This document shows, piece by piece, positions 60,627 to 64,000 of a stretch of DNA of 64,000 nt (position 1 is its first letter; every line of letters starts with the position of its first letter). The stretch is from an uncultured Chloroflexia bacterium (lineage in GTDB: Bacteria; Chloroflexota; Limnocylindria; Limnocylindrales; CSP1-4). The notes under the pieces were generated by a model. It was not told where the DNA came from, searched no databases, and worked only from the letters and a program-made list of their open reading frames with translations. The stretch spans positions 64,001 through 128,000 of the forward strand of contig CAVXPZ010000002.1 of NCBI GenBank assembly GCA_963763775.1, written 5' to 3'. The position numbers and the translations under genes were made by a program.

Positions 60627-61706
60627 TCAGTCGACCGTCCAGGTCTCCCCGCCGCGCAGGACACGCTCGAGGTCGCCGGGCCCGGACTTCGCGACCGCCG
60701 TGGCGAGCTGGTCCTCGATGAGCTGGTCGTGGGTCGGGCGGCTGACGGCTCGCAGGACGCCGACCGGGACCGGGAACTCCGGGTAGGCCATCCGCGAGAG
60801 CATCAGCGCGAGATACGGGTCCTCGGCGGTCTCGTCGTGGACGAGCAGGTCCGCCTCGGTGACGCCGTCCTCACCGATCGTGACGACCTCGGGGTGGAGA
60901 CCGTTGAGGCGGATCCCCTTGTCGCGGTCCTTGCCGAAGATCATCGGCTTGCCGTGCTCGAGCACGAGCATGCGGTCCTCACGGACCTCGCGATCGGTGA
61001 AGTCCCGCCAGGCGCCGTCATTGAAGATGTTGCAGTTCTGGAGGACCTCGACGAAGCACGAGCCCTTGTGCCGGCCGGCCCGCTCGAGCGTGCCCTGCAG
61101 GTGCTCGGTGTGGGTGTCCACGGACCGCGCGACGAAGCTTGCTTCGGCGGCGAGGGCGATCGTCAGCGGGATGATCGGCGTGTCGACCGAGCCGAGCGGC
61201 GTCGACTTCGTCCGCTTCCCGAACTCCGACGTCGGCGACGCCTGGCCCTTGGTCAGCCCGTAGATGCGGTTGTTGAACATGATCATGTTGATGTCGACGT
61301 TGCGCCGCATCGAGTGGATCACGTGGTTGCCACCGATCGAGAGCGCGTCGCCGTCGCCGGTGATGACCCAGACCATCAGATCGGGGCGCGCGGCCTTGAG
61401 GCCCGTGGCGAGCGTCGGCGCGCGACCGTGGATCGTGTGGAACCCGAAGGTGTTCATGTAGTACGGCAGCCGGCCGGAGCAGCCGATGCCCGAGATGAAG
61501 ACGATGTTCTCCCGCGGATACCCGAAGTCGGGCATCACCTTCTGGGTCTGCGCGAGGATCGAGTAATCACCGCAGCCGGGGCACCAACGGACCTCCTGGT
61601 CCGAGACGAAGTCCTTGCGCGTGAGCGCGATGACCTGGGCGTTCTCCGGGCTGAGCGGCGGCTGGGGCGGGACCACCGGGGTGGTCTGGCCGTTCGTGTC
61701 GGTCAT
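60627..61706 (-). CDS. 2-oxoacid:ferredoxin oxidoreductase beta subunit
   Basis: WCPGCGD, SGIGCS, HGRA, GDGD, YGLTKGQASPT. Confidence 0.95.
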   Translation of the reverse strand: MTDTNGQTTPVVPPQPPLSPENAQVIALTRKDFVSDQEVRWCPGCGDYSILAQTQKVMPDFGYPRENIVFISGIGCSGRLPYYMNTFGFHTIHGRAPTLATGLKAARPDLMVWVITGDGDALSIGGNHVIHSMRRNVDINMIMFNNRIYGLTKGQASPTSEFGKRTKSTPLGSVDTPIIPLTIALAAEASFVARSVDTHTEHLQGTLERAGRHKGSCFVEVLQNCNIFNDGAWRDFTDREVREDRMLVLEHGKPMIFGKDRDKGIRLNGLHPEVVTIGEDGVTEADLLVHDETAEDPYLALMLSRMAYPEFPVPVGVLRAVSRPTHDQLIEDQLATAVAKSGPGDLERVLRGGETWTVD

Positions 61707-63565
61707 GCGTGGGCCTCCGCGAGGATCCGCTCGGCTTCGTCGACGATCTCCGCGATGCGGAACGGCTTGCCCCGGACGCGGTCATAGCCGACCGCATCGA
61801 TGAGGTACTTCGCCCGCACGAGCATCAGGAGCTGCCCGAGATTGACCTCGGGGATGAGGACCTGCCGGTACGAACGCAGGACCGCCTCGGTGTTCGCGGG
61901 GAACGGGTTCAGATGGCGAAGATGGGCATGGGCGACCGGGCGGCCGTCGGCCTGCAACCGCTCGACCGCCGACCGGATGGCGCCGTAGGTGGAGCCCCAG
62001 CCCAGGATGAGCAGGTCGCCGGTCGCCGGGCCGTAGACGTCGAGGGGCGGGATGTCGTTCGCGATGCCGGCCACCTTCGCGGCCCGCAGCAGCTGCATCC
62101 GATGGTGGTTGTCCGGGTCGTAGCTGACATTGCCGGTCACATCGGCCTTCTCGAGGCCACCGATGCGGTGCTCGAGACCGGCCGTGCCGGGGACCGCCCA
62201 CGGGCGTGCGAGCGTCTCGGGGTCGCGGAGGTACGGGCGGAACGTCTCCTCGCCGCGCGTCGCGTTGCTGACGCGGATGTCCGGCAGCGTGGCGAGCTCG
62301 GGGATCCGCCACGGCTCCGAGCCGGTCGCGAGGAACGCATCGGAGAGGTACGCGACGGGCGTCATGTACTTGAGGGCGATCCGCCAGGCCTCGATCGCCA
62401 GGTCGAAGCACTCACCGGGCGTGGCGGGGGCCACGATCGGGATCGGCGAGTCGGAGTTGCGGCCGAACATCAGCTGCAGCAGGTCGGCCTGCTCGTTCTT
62501 CGTCGGCATCCCGGTGGACGGCCCGGCACGCTGGACGTCGATGACGACGAGGGGCAGCTCGACCATGACCGCGAGCCCCATCGCCTCGGTCTTGAGGGCG
62601 ATCCCGGGGCCGGACGACGCCGTCAGCCCGAGCGACCCGCCGTAGCTCGCCCCGATGGCGGCGCCGATCGCGGCGATCTCGTCCTCGGCCTGGAAGGTCT
62701 TGACGCCGAACGACTTGTACGTCGAGAGCTGGTGCAGGATGTCGCTCGCGGGGGTGATCGGGTAGCTGCCGTAGAACAACGGACGATCGGCCAGTTTCGA
62801 CGCGGCGAGGAAGCCGAGCGCCGCCGCCTCGTTACCCGTGATGTTCCGATACGTCCCCGACGGGAGGACCGCCGGGCGCACGCGGTAGTGCGTGTGGAAC
62901 ATCTCGGTCGTCTCGCCGAACGCGTAGCCAGCCTTGAGCGCGCGCTTGTTGGCTTCGGCGACGACCGGACGCGCCGAGAACTTCTGGTCGATCCACTCGA
63001 CCGTCGGCTCCATGCTCCGCTCGTAGAGCCAGAACATGATCCCGAGCGCGAAGAAGTTCTTGGTGAGGTCCTTCTGCTTGCTCGTCATGTCGAGGCCGTC
63101 GAGCGAGCGCTCGTTGAGCGTCGAGATCGGGATCTCGAACACCGTGAACGGGCTCAGCGAGCCGTCAGTCAGCGGGTTCGACGAATAGGCCGCCTTGTTG
63201 AGGTTCTGGGCGGTGAACGCGTCGCTGTTGACGATGAGGGCGCCGCCCGGCGGGAGGTCGATGACGTTCGTCTTGAGGGCGGCCGGGTTCATCGCGACGA
63301 GGACGTCCGGCTGGTCGCCTGGCGTGTGGATGTCGGTCGAGCTGAAGCTGATCTGGAAGCCCGAGACGCCCGGCAGTGACCCGGCCGGGGCGCGGATCTC
63401 GGCCGGGAAGTCCGGCAGGGTGCTGATGTCGTTGCCGAAGACGGCCGCGGTCCGCGTGAACTGGGTCCCGGTCAGCTGCATCCCGTCGCCGGAATCGCCA
63501 GCGAACCGGATCGTCACACGCTCGAGCTCGGAGATGAGCGGCTCGGGCTCCTTGGTGGTCGTCAC
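61703..63565 (-). CDS. 2-oxoacid:ferredoxin oxidoreductase alpha subunit
   Basis: AGDSGDGMQL, YPITPAS, EDEIAA, SSGPG, QRAGPSTG, GWGST. Confidence 0.95.
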   Translation of the reverse strand: MTTTKEPEPLISELERVTIRFAGDSGDGMQLTGTQFTRTAAVFGNDISTLPDFPAEIRAPAGSLPGVSGFQISFSSTDIHTPGDQPDVLVAMNPAALKTNVIDLPPGGALIVNSDAFTAQNLNKAAYSSNPLTDGSLSPFTVFEIPISTLNERSLDGLDMTSKQKDLTKNFFALGIMFWLYERSMEPTVEWIDQKFSARPVVAEANKRALKAGYAFGETTEMFHTHYRVRPAVLPSGTYRNITGNEAAALGFLAASKLADRPLFYGSYPITPASDILHQLSTYKSFGVKTFQAEDEIAAIGAAIGASYGGSLGLTASSGPGIALKTEAMGLAVMVELPLVVIDVQRAGPSTGMPTKNEQADLLQLMFGRNSDSPIPIVAPATPGECFDLAIEAWRIALKYMTPVAYLSDAFLATGSEPWRIPELATLPDIRVSNATRGEETFRPYLRDPETLARPWAVPGTAGLEHRIGGLEKADVTGNVSYDPDNHHRMQLLRAAKVAGIANDIPPLDVYGPATGDLLILGWGSTYGAIRSAVERLQADGRPVAHAHLRHLNPFPANTEAVLRSYRQVLIPEVNLGQLLMLVRAKYLIDAVGYDRVRGKPFRIAEIVDEAERILAEAHA

Positions 63566-64000
63566 GCGCCTTCCGGCTCCTTCATGCGCTGGTGTGGCCG
63601 GGGCGGGAGGTTGAGGAGCTCCTCCGGGAAAGACTCGGCCAGGTACTTGATGATGTCGGCCTGTCGGACCACGCCCACGAGCTGGCGGTGCTCGTCCACC
63701 AGCGGCACGTTCCGATACCGACCGGTCTGCATGAGCTCGATGGCGTCGCGGATGGTCTGATCCAGGTCGAGCGTCATCGGCTCGGTGGTCATGAGCGACT
63801 CGACGGGTCCGCTCAGGTCGACATGGCCCGCGACGATGCGCCCGAAGATGTCGCGCTCCGTCAGCACGCCCTGGAGGCGTCCGCCGGCATCGCAGACGAA
63901 GACCGAGTCGCCGGTGCCGGTGCGCTGGATCGTGCGCACGCAATCGGCGAGGGACGTGCCCGGTGCGACGGTCACCGGCTGACGGCGACTGAGCACGCGA
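63562..64000 (-). CDS. CBS-pair protein (5' end outside window)
   Basis: GVLTERD, LMT, RNVPLVD, LVGVV; C-terminal FPEELLNLPP tail. Confidence 0.88.
   Translation of the reverse strand, partial: RVLSRRQPVTVAPGTSLADCVRTIQRTGTGDSVFVCDAGGRLQGVLTERDIFGRIVAGHVDLSGPVESLMTTEPMTLDLDQTIRDAIELMQTGRYRNVPLVDEHRQLVGVVRQADIIKYLAESFPEELLNLPPRPHQRMKEPEGA

Noticed and set aside
1-64000. CRISPR arrays, tRNA/rRNA genes, integrases or transposases
   Set aside because: None was recognised. Intergenic gaps are short and composition appears uniform.

Overview
This is very GC-rich (roughly 70%+) bacterial chromosomal DNA with about 60 tightly packed genes. Gene content and promoter style suggest a high-GC Chloroflexota or Actinobacteria-like organism (inference only). 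From left to right it carries: a nucleotide-sugar modification cluster; an LLM oxidoreductase; a secreted sugar dehydrogenase with LamG/PKD domains next to a TasA-SipW-accessory fibre locus; an ALDH/acyl-CoA dehydrogenase/ADP-forming acyl-CoA ligase/enoyl-CoA hydratase cassette; ppk2; a DUF853 ATPase; mscL; an attenuator-controlled ilvB-ilvN-ilvC-leuA-leuB-cimA operon with a stand-alone LeuA regulatory domain, followed by pheA; a GGDEF-EAL gene; leuCD; ilvD; fabD and two fabF genes flanking a ~190-nt rod-like inverted-repeat element; copA with a CsoR-like operator; and 2-oxoacid:ferredoxin oxidoreductase genes flanked by CBS proteins. The best candidate for an undescribed system is 53121-57669. 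There an MFS transporter fused to a cNMP-binding domain and a 67-aa acidic peptide gene (DDVEGH, two G-x-E-D-x-x-K-R motifs) face a Crp/Fnr regulator - GAF protein - signal-less subtilase operon, and a CooA/CRP-type palindrome lies upstream of the peptide gene. About eleven genes carry frameshifts, mostly consistent with single-base insertions, which looks like unpolished long-read error. No CRISPR array, rRNA, tRNA or transposase was seen.
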